This document shows, one piece after another, positions 1-10,861 of a stretch of DNA of 64,000 nt. The stretch is from contig OZ244974.1 in assembly GCA_965222955.1 (NCBI GenBank), positions 2,077,940 to 2,141,939 of the forward strand, read 5' to 3'. The position numbers and the translations under genes are program-made. The stretch comes from Hyphomicrobiales bacterium (GTDB lineage: Bacteria; Pseudomonadota; Alphaproteobacteria; Rhizobiales; CBDCVD01). The notes under the pieces were generated by a model. It made no database searches. It saw nothing but the letters and a program-made list of their open reading frames with translations, and had not been told where the DNA came from. How positions within the stretch are numbered: the stretch's first letter is position 1; the number at the start of each line of letters is the position of its first letter.

Positions 1-31
1 AGGCGAAACCGAGGGACTTTTCACATTCAAC
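1..31. repeat. Terminal segment of a long-TIR (C/D-type) element, cut by the window edge
   Basis: aggcgaaaccgagggacttttcacattcaac matches the element ends at 1807..1837, 59770..59800 and 49360..49388, and in reverse complement those at 45994.. and 47987.. Confidence 0.75.
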
Positions 32-33
32 GA

Positions 34-501
34 TTACGATTTTGGCGGATCGCTTTCTTCGCGCACCCTCGCCATGCCAGCGCGCGCCAACTGATCGGCG
101 CGCTCGTTGCCCGGATTACCCGCGTGTCCCTTCACCCAGCGCCAGTCGATTTCGTGCCGGCTCACCACCGCATCGAGTTGCTGCCACAGATCCTGATTCT
201 TGACGGGCTTTTTCGCCGACGTGCGCCAGCCGTTTTCTTTCCAGCGCCGCATCCATTCGGTGATGCCGCCCTTGATGTAGCGCGAATCGGTGAAGAGAAC
301 CACACGACTCGGCCTCTTCAGCGCCGCCAGCGCACTAATGGCGGCCATGAGTTCCATACGGTTATTCGTCGTATCCAGGGCACCACCCTTTAACTCCTTG
401 ATGCGCTTTCCGTATTCCAGCCGCGCCCCCCAGCCGCCCGGCCCCGGATTGCCCGAACAGGCCCCGTCGGTATAGATTACGATCGCTCCCCCATCGCTCA
501 T
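34..501 (-). CDS. rnhA: Ribonuclease HI
   Basis: 155 aa; motifs [23 protein letters not shown] and [13 protein letters not shown]; its ATG overlaps the ispH stop (ATGA). Confidence 0.93.
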   Translation of the reverse strand: MSDGGAIVIYTDGACSGNPGPGGWGARLEYGKRIKELKGGALDTTNNRMELMAAISALAALKRPSRVVLFTDSRYIKGGITEWMRRWKENGWRTSAKKPVKNQDLWQQLDAVVSRHEIDWRWVKGHAGNPGNERADQLARAGMARVREESDPPKS

Positions 502-1496
502 ACGGAACCCACTCCTTGCGCCGCCGCATCGTTCTCACCTTGCGCCATCGTCTGGCGTAGGGGGCGCGGCAGGTTAAAGGCGATATCCTCCGTTGCGGTC
601 AGGACCGTCTCGACGCGCACGTGAAACCGGGAACGAAACGCAGCGATGATCTCCTCCACCAGCGCATCGGGCGCCGAAGCGCCGGCGGTAAGCCCCAGGG
701 TCTTCACAGCCGAAAAGTCGTCCCAGCAAATATCATCGGCGCGCTGGACAAGGGCGGAGAACCGACAACCGGCGCGCGCCGCCACTTCCACCAGGCGCTG
801 GGAATTCGACGAGTTCGGCGCCCCCACGACCACCATCGCATCGCAACCGGCAACAGCGGCCTTGACCGCCGCCTGGCGGTTGGTGGTGGCATAGCAGATG
901 TCGTCCTTGTGCGGCGCCTTGATGGTGGGAAAGCGCGCCTGAAGCATCGCCACGATTTCGGCCGTATCGTCGACGGAAAGTGTTGTCTGCGTAATATAGG
1001 CAAGGGGCTTGCCGCCTGTTGGACTGAAGCGTTGCGCATCGGCCAGGGTTTCGATCAGATGCACCGCGCCAGGGGGCAGTTGCCCCATCGTGCCGATCAC
1101 TTCGGGATGGCCGGCATGGCCGATAAGAATGATTTCGAAACCGCGTGCGTGATTGCGCTCGGCCTGCTTGTGAACCTTCGAGACCAGAGGACAGGTGGCA
1201 TCGAGAACGAACAAATCGCGCGTGCGGGCGTCCTCGGGAACCGCTTTTGGCACCCCATGGGCGGAGAACACCACTGGCGCGCTCGTGGGCGGAATTTCGT
1301 CGAGCTCCTCGACGAACACAGCCCCCTTGGCGCGCAGACTATCCACAACGAATTTATTGTGAACAATCTCGTGGCGCACATACACCGGTGGCCCGTACAG
1401 TTCCAGCGCCTGTTCGACAATCTGGATGGCGCGGTCGACACCGGCACAAAAGCCGCGCGGCGCGCATAACTTGATGAGGAGGTCCGGCTTGTTCAT
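498..1496 (-). CDS. ispH: 4-hydroxy-3-methylbut-2-enyl diphosphate reductase
   Basis: IspH/LytB-like sequence ([31 protein letters not shown]). Start moved to the ATG at MNKPDL because the 36 upstream codons of the ORF run into a repeat element. Confidence 0.93.
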   Translation of the reverse strand: MNKPDLLIKLCAPRGFCAGVDRAIQIVEQALELYGPPVYVRHEIVHNKFVVDSLRAKGAVFVEELDEIPPTSAPVVFSAHGVPKAVPEDARTRDLFVLDATCPLVSKVHKQAERNHARGFEIILIGHAGHPEVIGTMGQLPPGAVHLIETLADAQRFSPTGGKPLAYITQTTLSVDDTAEIVAMLQARFPTIKAPHKDDICYATTNRQAAVKAAVAGCDAMVVVGAPNSSNSQRLVEVAARAGCRFSALVQRADDICWDDFSAVKTLGLTAGASAPDALVEEIIAAFRSRFHVRVETVLTATEDIAFNLPRPLRQTMAQGENDAAAQGVGSV

Positions 1497-1526
1497 GAAT
1501 CGATTCCACCCACCGCTTATGGTCGC

Positions 1527-1837
1527 GTTGATCATGAAGAAAAGTGCCTCGCTCCGCTTGCGTGTACTTTTCTTCATTTGAAACAATGAGAAAACAACGC
1601 TCAAAAAGGCACGGCACTTTGTTTTCCCTTGGCCTCATTGCAAGGTTTTAGCGCATTTGCGCATACTATCAAGGGGCTTTGCGTTTGACTCCCGGCCCGG
1701 ATTAGAGCGTGTCAGGTCTTATCAGCACAATACACACGCCAGCGTGTACAAAAAGCCAATGCCGCTGATATGATTTGTCCTTATTTATTGGGAAAAAGTA
1801 CACCGAGGCGAAGCCGAGGGACCTTTTCACATTCAAC
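1527..1837. mobile_element. Long-TIR MITE-like element (about 300 bp) with a B-type core carrying a solo A-type terminus
   Basis: Left end gttgatcatgaagaaaagtgcctcgctccgcttgcgtgtacttttcttcatttgaaacaatgagaaaac and the reverse complement of the right end align at roughly 70 percent. Homologous copies lie at 45994..46599, 49177..49388 and 59504..59800. Confidence 0.8.
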
Positions 1838-1868
1838 TAAATCATTTTCATGGGAGGCCTGGCAAGCA

Positions 1869-3824
<1,956 letters not shown>

Positions 3825-3842
3825 TACAAACACCAACCCGCT

Positions 3843-4415
3843 TTAGCCGGAAAAACTTACCTGGGGCACTGCCCGTTCACCGGGGTCGGCGATCTCAAAA
3901 TATTCGGCCTGCTCGAACTTGAATTGCGCCGCCACCAGATTGCTCGGAAATGATTCCACCGCGACGTTGAGATTGCGGGCCGCGCCGTTATAATAGCGCC
4001 GCGAGAGCTGAATCTCATCCTCGATTTCTTCCAGGCCATTCTGAAAATCAAGAAAGTTCTGGCTGGCCTTAAGGTCCGGATAGTTCTCCGCGAGAGCGAA
4101 TAATCTCCCGAGCATCCCCGATAGCGCGCTCTCGGCCTTTGCCCGGCCCGCCACATCATCGCCGGCTGAGGTCGCCGCATTGCGCAGTTTTACAACCTCC
4201 TCCAACGTCTCGCGCTCGTGGGTCATGTACCCCTTGACCGCCTCGATAAGATTGGGAACCAGATTGGCGCGGCGCTTTAGCTGTACGTCGATGCCGCTCC
4301 AGCCCTCTTCGGTCATTTGCCGATACTTCACTAATCGGTTGTACAGAATAATCCCATATACCGCGAGCACGGCGACAAGGACAAGTATTACGATTACCCC
4401 GGTTCCAAATGTCAT
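3843..4415 (-). CDS. lemA: LemA family protein
   Basis: 190 aa with an N-terminal TM helix and LemA-like core (QLKRRANLVPNLIEAVKGY, NFLDFQ..LEEIEDEI..SRRYYN). Confidence 0.85.
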   Translation of the reverse strand: MTFGTGVIVILVLVAVLAVYGIILYNRLVKYRQMTEEGWSGIDVQLKRRANLVPNLIEAVKGYMTHERETLEEVVKLRNAATSAGDDVAGRAKAESALSGMLGRLFALAENYPDLKASQNFLDFQNGLEEIEDEIQLSRRYYNGAARNLNVAVESFPSNLVAAQFKFEQAEYFEIADPGERAVPQVSFSG

Positions 4416-4634
4416 AGTTTTTTAACCCTGTAAATCATACATCGAATGCGGCGTTGCTTTCGTACCGGTGAACCGTTACACGCCAACCGCGCCGATGGAA
4501 AAAGTGTAATGGCTCCTGATACCCGCTTATACAACCGAACATACAGGGAAAATGTATCGAAAATCTTTAATACCGGCAGCTTTGCTTCTACCGACCGGCT
4601 GGCCTTTGGAGTTTTTGAAAGGCTTGCGGGGTGT

Positions 4635-5576
4635 TCAGGCCGAACCGCCGGCGCTGGCAAGCCAGGCCTCGCCGCAGGCTATTGCCAATGCGCGCACACG
4701 CAGAATATAGCTCTGCCGCTCGGTAACCGAGATCACACCGCGCGCATCAAGAAGATTAAACAGATGCGATGCCTTGATGCATTGATCATAGGCGGGTAGC
4801 GCAAGTTTATGCTGCCCGTCCTGCCATCCGGCGGCGATCAGGGTGCGGCACTCCGTCTCCGCATCGTCAAAATGGGCAAACAGCCGATCCGTATTGGCAT
4901 GGGTGAAATTGTAGCGCGAATACTCCTGCTCGGCCTGTAGGAACACATCGCCGTAAGTGATTTTTTCGTCTCCCTCGCGGCCATTGAAGTTCAACCCGTA
5001 AACGTTGTCGATCCCCTGAATATACATCGCCAGTCTTTCCAGCCCATAGGTCAACTCCCCCGATACCGGCGCACATTCAAACCCCGCCACCTGCTGAAAA
5101 TAGGTGTATTGCGATACTTCCATGCCATCGCACCAGCACTCCCAGCCAAGCCCCCAGGCGCCCAGGGTCGGGCTCTCCCAATCGTCTTCAACAAAACGGA
5201 TATCATGCACATTTGTATCAATGCCGATCGCCGCCAGCGATCCCAAATACAAGTCCTGCATTTTCGCAGGCGATGGCTTCAGGATCACCTGATACTGGTA
5301 ATAGTGCTGTAACCGATTGGGGTTCTCGCCATAGCGGCCATCGCCCGGACGCCGCGAGGGCTGCACATAAGCCGCGTTCCACGGTTTGGGCCCCAGGGCG
5401 CGCAGGGTGGTGGCCGGATGAAACGTGCCGGCGCCGACTTCCATGTCATAGGGCTGCAACAGGACGCAACCGTAGTCCGCCCAATAGCGATGCAGGGCCA
5501 GAACAAGACCCTGAAACGAGCGCTGCGGCGCGTTATCCGTAGCGCTGCGACTCGCGGTCTTTCGTTTCGCCGCCAT
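4635..5576 (-). CDS. glyQ: Glycine--tRNA ligase alpha subunit
   Basis: 313 aa; strongly conserved GlyQ sequence ([58 protein letters not shown]). Confidence 0.95.
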   Translation of the reverse strand: MAAKRKTASRSATDNAPQRSFQGLVLALHRYWADYGCVLLQPYDMEVGAGTFHPATTLRALGPKPWNAAYVQPSRRPGDGRYGENPNRLQHYYQYQVILKPSPAKMQDLYLGSLAAIGIDTNVHDIRFVEDDWESPTLGAWGLGWECWCDGMEVSQYTYFQQVAGFECAPVSGELTYGLERLAMYIQGIDNVYGLNFNGREGDEKITYGDVFLQAEQEYSRYNFTHANTDRLFAHFDDAETECRTLIAAGWQDGQHKLALPAYDQCIKASHLFNLLDARGVISVTERQSYILRVRALAIACGEAWLASAGGSA

Positions 5577-5643
5577 GAGGAACCCTTTCTTGAATCGCCT
5601 GGTCGATTATGGGCGCTTCCGACCACATTTCAACCGCCCGGCG

Positions 5644-5898
5644 TTACTTTTCCTTTTCACCGCCGTCATCGCGGCTGGTGTTTGCTGCGGTGTCGTCGCT
5701 GTTGTCGTCCTCGACAGGTTCATAAACGCCCGTCCTGGGACTTTTGCGCAAAAGCGTACCGCGACTATCCTCGCTGCTTTCATCGACAGGCATCGGCCCC
5801 CTCTTTGCCGGCCCCTGCCATCGGCGCTTGTATGTGCGCCAGGCCCACCAACCACCATAAGCGATGAGCGCAAAAAGGATAAGCCGCTGCAATGCCAT
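5644..5898 (-). CDS. Hypothetical small membrane protein
   Basis: 84 aa from the ATG at MALQRLILFALIAYGGWWAW: one TM helix and a charged tail. The longer ORF to 6021 runs into an E-type repeat. No family recognised. Confidence 0.35.
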   Translation of the reverse strand: MALQRLILFALIAYGGWWAWRTYKRRWQGPAKRGPMPVDESSEDSRGTLLRKSPRTGVYEPVEDDNSDDTAANTSRDDGGEKEK

Positions 5899-5927
5899 AT
5901 CTCCCGATAAAACGTTGTACCCTGAAC

Positions 5928-6059
5928 GTGATATTTCAGCAGGTTGTTCCCAAAACGGGCAAATCTGAAGCGATACCTCTTGCGCCCTTGCCGCCAGGGA
6001 GGTCATAACCGGACCATCCATCTGACGGGTTTTTTGAGAACAACTTATTGAAATTACAC
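5928..6059. mobile_element. E-type palindromic element
   Basis: TIR-like ends gtgatatttcagcaggttgttccc / gagaacaacttattgaaattacac. The core matches copies at 38537.., 31299.., 46187.. and 60125.. Confidence 0.75.
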
Positions 6060-6061
6060 AA

Positions 6062-6233
6062 CTAGAGCATGTCAGGTCTTAATAGAAGCAATTCTGTTTC
6101 TCGATTGGCGAGGCGGACCACGCCCAAGGCGATCGAAGAGCGATGTTTATCCATCTCTCGAGAGCGGCTTGGGCGTGGGCGTCCGCCAATCGAGAAACGA
6201 AAATTGCTTCACTTAAAAACTGAAAGGCTCTAA
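6062..6233. mobile_element. A-type palindromic element, 172-bp form
   Basis: ctagagcatgtcaggtcttaatagaagcaatt...aattgcttcacttaaaaactgaaaggctcta. The roughly 80-bp arms are inverted repeats around ctctcgagag. By-eye alignment to the copy at 39758..39931 shows close similarity. The right terminus supplies the TAG stop of the S49 peptidase gene. Confidence 0.85.
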
Positions 6234-7108
6234 AGACCGAAGCGGGCCCACAGAGCGCGCTCGTGCAAGGCCGTCATAACCTCTCCGGTCATTTCTCGCG
6301 CCACAGGCGCGCGCGCCGCCGCACCGGTGAAGCGGCCGAGAAACGAGCGCGACGGGCTGACATCCCTGATCTTGACCTTGTCACCATATTTTTCCCGCAT
6401 CACATCGCGCAAAACGCCCAGCCGGTCAACCAGACCGAACTCCATGCCGCGCCGTGCGGTCCAGAAGGCGCCGGAAAAAAGCGTTTCCTCATCGGCCTTC
6501 AGAGCCGCTCCGCGGCATTGGCGTACATGTTCGCAAAAATCGGTGTAGATATCGCCTTGCAGCGCCATCAAATGATTTACGTCCTCCGGCTTTTGTGGTG
6601 AAAACGGATCGAGCATCGCTTTTTTATCCCCCGTGTGGTGCAGGCGGCGCTCGATGCCGATCTTGTCGATCAGTGCCTCAAAGCCAAAGCCCGCATGGAC
6701 CACGCCGATAGAACCGACGATAGAAGCGGGATCGGCGATGATCTCATCGCCAGCGCAGGCAATCCAGTAGCCGCCCGAGGCGGCGACATCCTCGACAAAC
6801 ACATACACCCGCTTGTCATGCTCCCTGGCCAGTGCGCGAATACGGCGAAAGATCAGATTCGATTGTACCGGCGATCCGCCCGGCGAATTGATCGACAGGG
6901 CCACCGCCCTGGCGCGCATTTTAAAGGCCTTTTCCAAGGCGCCCGCCACCGCCTTTAGGTTCAGTGCGCTGCGCATGGCGCTGCGCTCGGCAATCACCCC
7001 TGACAAGCGCACATGCGCGATAACGGCCCGGCGATCGCGCCATAGTTTGGGCTGGTGTTTGCCCCACATGCGTGAAACGTTCCTGAGCGACGATTTCAGT
7101 TCTACCAT
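6230..7108 (-). CDS. S49 family peptidase (SppA/SohB-like)
   Basis: 292 aa; motifs SINSPGGSPV and DVAASGGYWIACAGDEIIADPASIVGSIGV, typical of S49 signal-peptide-peptidase-like proteins. Confidence 0.85.
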   Translation of the reverse strand: MVELKSSLRNVSRMWGKHQPKLWRDRRAVIAHVRLSGVIAERSAMRSALNLKAVAGALEKAFKMRARAVALSINSPGGSPVQSNLIFRRIRALAREHDKRVYVFVEDVAASGGYWIACAGDEIIADPASIVGSIGVVHAGFGFEALIDKIGIERRLHHTGDKKAMLDPFSPQKPEDVNHLMALQGDIYTDFCEHVRQCRGAALKADEETLFSGAFWTARRGMEFGLVDRLGVLRDVMREKYGDKVKIRDVSPSRSFLGRFTGAAARAPVAREMTGEVMTALHERALWARFGL

Positions 7109-7179
7109 GGTATTCCTGTTCTTCAGTTCAGAGCCATTTGCATTGGTAACAGCCGTCGGCCGCAGGCCGACAACGCCTT

Positions 7180-7283
7180 AATACCAGAGGGTTTTGCGTT
7201 TTGACTCCTGGCTCAGATTAAAACTGTTGTCTTATCAGCACGATACACAAGCCAGCGCGTACAAAAAGCCAATACCGCTGGTA
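7180..7283. mobile_element. B-type element (about 105 bp)
   Basis: ataccagagggttttgcgttttgactcc...cgtacaaaaagccaataccgctggta. Same family as 11679.., 14877.., 15014.., 18565.., 46086.. and 59631.. Confidence 0.8.
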
Positions 7284-7549
7284 CAATACCGCAAGGCGTT
7301 ATTACTTTGTTCAATTTGTTTGCGGCTTTTCTTCAACCGCATTTAGCCAATACATCCGTAGCGCACTCGCTAAAATTGATACCACGCCCGCATATTCCCG
7401 CAGAATTTGTTTTCGTGAGTCGAATCTCCTCTCCATGTTTGAACAGATCCTTAAAAACGGCAAGACCAATTAAGTAAATTGTAAGCGTATTTCTTTTTCT
7501 AACCTCAATTTATCTATGGGACATTTGCCTTCCAGACAGGGATGGGTAA

Positions 7550-8194
7550 ATGAAAAACCGCATACACATTGCTTTCGTCTCGATACTTGTCATGTCAAGC
7601 GCGATATCGATGGCGAAATCCGAATTCGCAAACGCGCCAAACCCGGTCACGCCGGCGTTTATGACCATCACGCGGGCAACAAGCGCGCCCCTTGGATACC
7701 TGCAATTTTGCCAGGTAAACCCGGGAGATTGCAGCAGCGCGGGCAACAGCGATATGCAAGGCGTTCCCGCCACCCTGTCGCCTTCGCGCTGGCGGCAACT
7801 TGTTACCATAAACAATCACGTCAACCGCAATATCAAGCCTGTCACCGACTATGATCTGTACAGGATCTCGGAGAAATGGACCTATCCGGTTGCCGAGGGA
7901 GACTGCGAAGACTATGTATTGTTGAAACGCCGCATGCTGATGGCGCAGGGTTGGCCGGAAAACACCCTGCTGATCACCGTCGTGCTGGATCAAAACGACG
8001 AAGGTCATGCGGTTTTAACGGCACGCACCGATCAGGGCGATCTTATCCTCGACAATCAGTTCGACGCCATACTGCCCTGGCAACACACACCATACTACTA
8101 TGTCAAGCGGCAATCCTATGACAATCCGCAAAACTGGGTAGCCATTCACGACAACAGGCGTCGCCTCGCAGCGCTCGCCGAACGCACGCCGTAA
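7550..8194 (+). CDS. Transglutaminase-like cysteine peptidase (BTLCP, peptidase C93)
   Basis: 214 aa with a signal peptide; GDCEDYVLLKRRML (Cys), DEGHAVL (His) and LILDN (Asp) fit the BTLCP catalytic triad context; AGGGA precedes the ATG. Confidence 0.8.
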   Translation: MKNRIHIAFVSILVMSSAISMAKSEFANAPNPVTPAFMTITRATSAPLGYLQFCQVNPGDCSSAGNSDMQGVPATLSPSRWRQLVTINNHVNRNIKPVTDYDLYRISEKWTYPVAEGDCEDYVLLKRRMLMAQGWPENTLLITVVLDQNDEGHAVLTARTDQGDLILDNQFDAILPWQHTPYYYVKRQSYDNPQNWVAIHDNRRRLAALAERTP

Positions 8195-8338
8195 GCGCGT
8201 AACCATTGCCTGACAGCGGGCAATTTCAAGGAACACACGAGAAAGGCCCGGTCCCGTCCCCCACCTCCTCCCTCCCCCGCAAGGGATCCGGGTCTGGGAG
8301 CCGGTCCGATACATCGGATCGGCTCCACTTCCCTGCCC

Positions 8339-9346
8339 CTACCGGCGCTGCACACAAGCCCGTCGCTCCCAGGAAAATCCCAGCAGATTCCACGATTGCA
8401 CCATATGAGCCGGCAATGGGGCGGTAACGTCCAACAAACCGCCGCCGGGGTGAGGGATGACCAGATTTCGTGCATGAAGATGCAAACGGTTCTGCAAGCC
8501 CCCCGGCAAGCTCCAGTTTTCCATGTTGAAATACTTGTGGTCCCCGACAATGGGATGTCCCATATGGGCCGCATGTACGCGCAACTGGTGGGTGCGCCCG
8601 CTTTTCGGCATCAGCGCCAGCCAGCTTAAGCGGCTCCCGAGTCGCTCGATCACTTCATAGCGGCTCAACGCGTGCTGGGCGCCCACCTCGCCGTGTTGTA
8701 CGACGCGTATGGTCTCGGCCATAGGCGCACCGCGTTTGGCGAGATGCGTACTGATTTTCCCCCTGGGCGGTCGCGGCACGCCAGCGACAAGCGCCCAATA
8801 GGTCTTGGAGACCTCCTGGGTTTTGAAGGCGCGCGCTAGTTTCGATGCCGCGGCGCGGTTACGCGCAACAACCAACACACCGGCCGTGTCCTTGTCCAGC
8901 CGGTGTACAAGACGCGGGCGCGGGCAAGCGCCATCGCACAGACTGCGCAGCAGGCCGTCCACGTGGCGGGCAATACCGGAGCCGCCCTGCACCGCCAGTC
9001 CGGCCGGCTTGTTGAACACGAAAAGATCTGCGTCCTCATAAAGCAGCATGGAGTCCAGCAGGGTTCTGTTTTCATCCGTTTTCCGGTCTGGTATTGCCGG
9101 TATTTCCGGTACGGCGTCCCTTAGGGGCGGAATGCGCACTTCCTGGCCGGTGTGCAGGCGCGCGCCCGCCTTGACCCGCTTGCCATCAACACGTACCTGG
9201 CCGGTGCGCAGCAGCTTTTGCAAACGGCTATGGGGAAGCGCCGGACAGGTATGTTTAAACCAGCGATCGACACGCAGCCCGTCTTCATCGGGCGCGACCC
9301 GCAGCTTGCGCACACCGCTCACGGGGCCAGTCCGCGAATAATCCAC
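8339..9346 (-). CDS. RluA/RluC-family 23S rRNA pseudouridine synthase
   Basis: S4-like N-terminus plus catalytic HRLDKDTAGVLVVARN motif. The start is a GTG at 9346; an alternative GTG at 9322 forms a GTGA overlap with the crcB stop. Confidence 0.88.
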   Translation of the reverse strand: MDYSRTGPVSGVRKLRVAPDEDGLRVDRWFKHTCPALPHSRLQKLLRTGQVRVDGKRVKAGARLHTGQEVRIPPLRDAVPEIPAIPDRKTDENRTLLDSMLLYEDADLFVFNKPAGLAVQGGSGIARHVDGLLRSLCDGACPRPRLVHRLDKDTAGVLVVARNRAAASKLARAFKTQEVSKTYWALVAGVPRPPRGKISTHLAKRGAPMAETIRVVQHGEVGAQHALSRYEVIERLGSRLSWLALMPKSGRTHQLRVHAAHMGHPIVGDHKYFNMENWSLPGGLQNRLHLHARNLVIPHPGGGLLDVTAPLPAHMVQSWNLLGFSWERRACVQRR

Positions 9347-9699
9347 AATCCGGCAACCAGCGCGGCAACGGACACAAACAACGATGCGGCCACATACATT
9401 ATGGCGGCAAGTACGGCACCTCTTTCATAAAGGGTGACGACATCGAGAGAAAAAGCTGAAAATGTTGTAAATCCGCCGAGCACGCCGGTGGCGAGAAAGA
9501 TGCGCAAATCCTGCACCCCGGAGCCAAAACGTGCCAGGAATGCGATCAAAAGCCCCATGGCCAGACTGCCGATGATGTTGACCCCGAGGGTTCCCCAGGG
9601 AAATCCGGGGCCGAAGGTGCGCAGCGCCGCCACGCCCGCGCCATAACGCAGACTGGCGCCCACGGCCCCGCCAACGGCCACAAGTAATAGATGGTTCAT
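9319..9699 (-). CDS. crcB: Fluoride efflux channel CrcB/FluC
   Basis: 126 aa from the ATG at MNHLLLVAVGGAVGASLRYG; four TM segments; GGFTTFSAFS motif. Confidence 0.88.
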   Translation of the reverse strand: MNHLLLVAVGGAVGASLRYGAGVAALRTFGPGFPWGTLGVNIIGSLAMGLLIAFLARFGSGVQDLRIFLATGVLGGFTTFSAFSLDVVTLYERGAVLAAIMYVAASLFVSVAALVAGLWIIRGLAP

Positions 9700-9824
9700 G
9701 ATTCGTCGTCGCCTGTGAATAGTTCGCACTTCAACCGTAAAGCCTTGCAGTTCTTAACCGGGGCGTTCTGCCAATACACTTTGAAGGCAGTTCTGTGACA
9801 AGATCGCGTACCGCGTTTTGCCGC

Positions 9825-10727
9825 TTACGTCACGATCGACATTGGCTCCAGGTCGACCCGACAGTAAAGCATTCTTTTGCAGTACTTGTACCGTTGCGTC
9901 TGCAATCGATCTGGGAAAGGCGATCGCGCCAAGTCGGCACGACTGAAGCTGGTGTAGATATTGTACGCTAAAGACAGACGCGATCGAATAATGTTCCCGT
10001 TCCGGTCAACCGCCTGATAGGTACGCAAATTTCTACCGAAGTGGCGGGGCAGTTCCGGTTTGACCCTTGCGAGCAGTTGCTCCATTTCCGAATCAAGGGA
10101 CCGCCCTTTTTCTTTGAGCGCCGCACGCAAGGCTACACCGGCGTCACGTGTGTGACGCACAGCCACATCGTCCAGGATAGCGGTTCGCTGATAAGGTCGA
10201 TCAAACAAGCGGGCCCATACATGATCCAGTCCTCTGCAGGTCATATTGTCTTGAAACAGAGGCAGTATTCTGGTCAAGTGCGCCGCTGAAATGCATGGCA
10301 CCATAATTTCAACGAAATTCGTGTATCGCAGAATGAATTTCTTTTTTTGCACGTGCTCAAAGTTCCCCGCATAACTGTCGATTGTCAGAGACGGCTGCAA
10401 TAAGTCGAGCTGGTAGGTTGTCATTGCATCAAAGGTGCGATTGATATCATCACAACAACAATCAATGTCGTCATCGGGAAGCCAAAAGTAATCATAGGCC
10501 TTCAATAAGTCGGACCGTTCTTGAAAAAGCTTGTATAGCGCGTCCCATTTGCCACCTTTTTGATCGAGGCGCTGGCCACGGCCATTTTTGAATTTTTTTG
10601 GATCGTCGTCATAATAACTGACAATCAGGTCCCAGTTCGGAGACGCATCACCGTCACTCCAGCGTTCGTGCAACGATTCATCGCCGGCGCGAACAACAAC
10701 AAGATTTCGACTTCTCTCGGTATTCAT
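9825..10727 (-). CDS. DUF707 domain-containing protein (putative glycosyltransferase-like)
   Basis: 300 aa from the ATG at MNTERSRNLVVVRAGDESLHERW; the N-terminal pattern and size recall DUF707 (from memory, not searched). GC is visibly lower than in flanking genes. Confidence 0.55.
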   Translation of the reverse strand: MNTERSRNLVVVRAGDESLHERWSDGDASPNWDLIVSYYDDDPKKFKNGRGQRLDQKGGKWDALYKLFQERSDLLKAYDYFWLPDDDIDCCCDDINRTFDAMTTYQLDLLQPSLTIDSYAGNFEHVQKKKFILRYTNFVEIMVPCISAAHLTRILPLFQDNMTCRGLDHVWARLFDRPYQRTAILDDVAVRHTRDAGVALRAALKEKGRSLDSEMEQLLARVKPELPRHFGRNLRTYQAVDRNGNIIRSRLSLAYNIYTSFSRADLARSPFPDRLQTQRYKYCKRMLYCRVDLEPMSIVT

Positions 10728-10801
10728 AGCAGCATAAAATTCCCACAAATATTGGACCTTTGTCAGCCCCCTTTCAGGGACCGAGCGATGTGAGCAGTTC
10801 G

Positions 10802-10849
10802 GGGGCGCAGGCTGGCGCCCCCAAGCGCAACGAGTAAAAGATGGTTCAT
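10802..10849 (-). pseudogene. Relic duplicate of the crcB 5' end
   Basis: ATGAACCATCTTTTACTCGTTGCGCTTGGGGGCGCCAGCCTGCG encodes MNHLLLVALGGASLR. It matches the crcB start at 9699 (MNHLLLVAVGGAVGASLRYG) with a 9-nt deletion, then diverges and reaches a stop after 28 codons. Confidence 0.55.
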
Positions 10850-10861
10850 GACCATAGCCTG

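Noticed and set aside
1497-1604. N-terminal extensions of track ORFs into repeats (ispH, fghA to 46042, tatC to 54817, MFS from 57561, DUF707 ORF to 10925, tuf to 34036, rplE to 25609)
   Set aside because: The conserved protein N-termini begin at internal ATGs that I verified in the sequence. The extensions lie in repeat elements or overlap the upstream gene.
8297-8326. Hairpin ggagccggtccgat..atcggatcggctcc between the convergent BTLCP and rluC-like genes, as a bidirectional intrinsic terminator
   Set aside because: The stem is strong (one mismatch) but there is no U-tract on either strand, so I did not list it as a terminator feature. It may still be a Rho-independent-like or protein-binding structure.
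9700-9830. Possible fluoride riboswitch (crcB motif) upstream of crcB
   Set aside because: I read the reverse complement of the 125-nt leader and could not find the conserved GG.GATG...CC.CC / AAC.GCC / GCTGATG...CCTAC elements. A covariance-model scan would settle it, but by eye it is absent.
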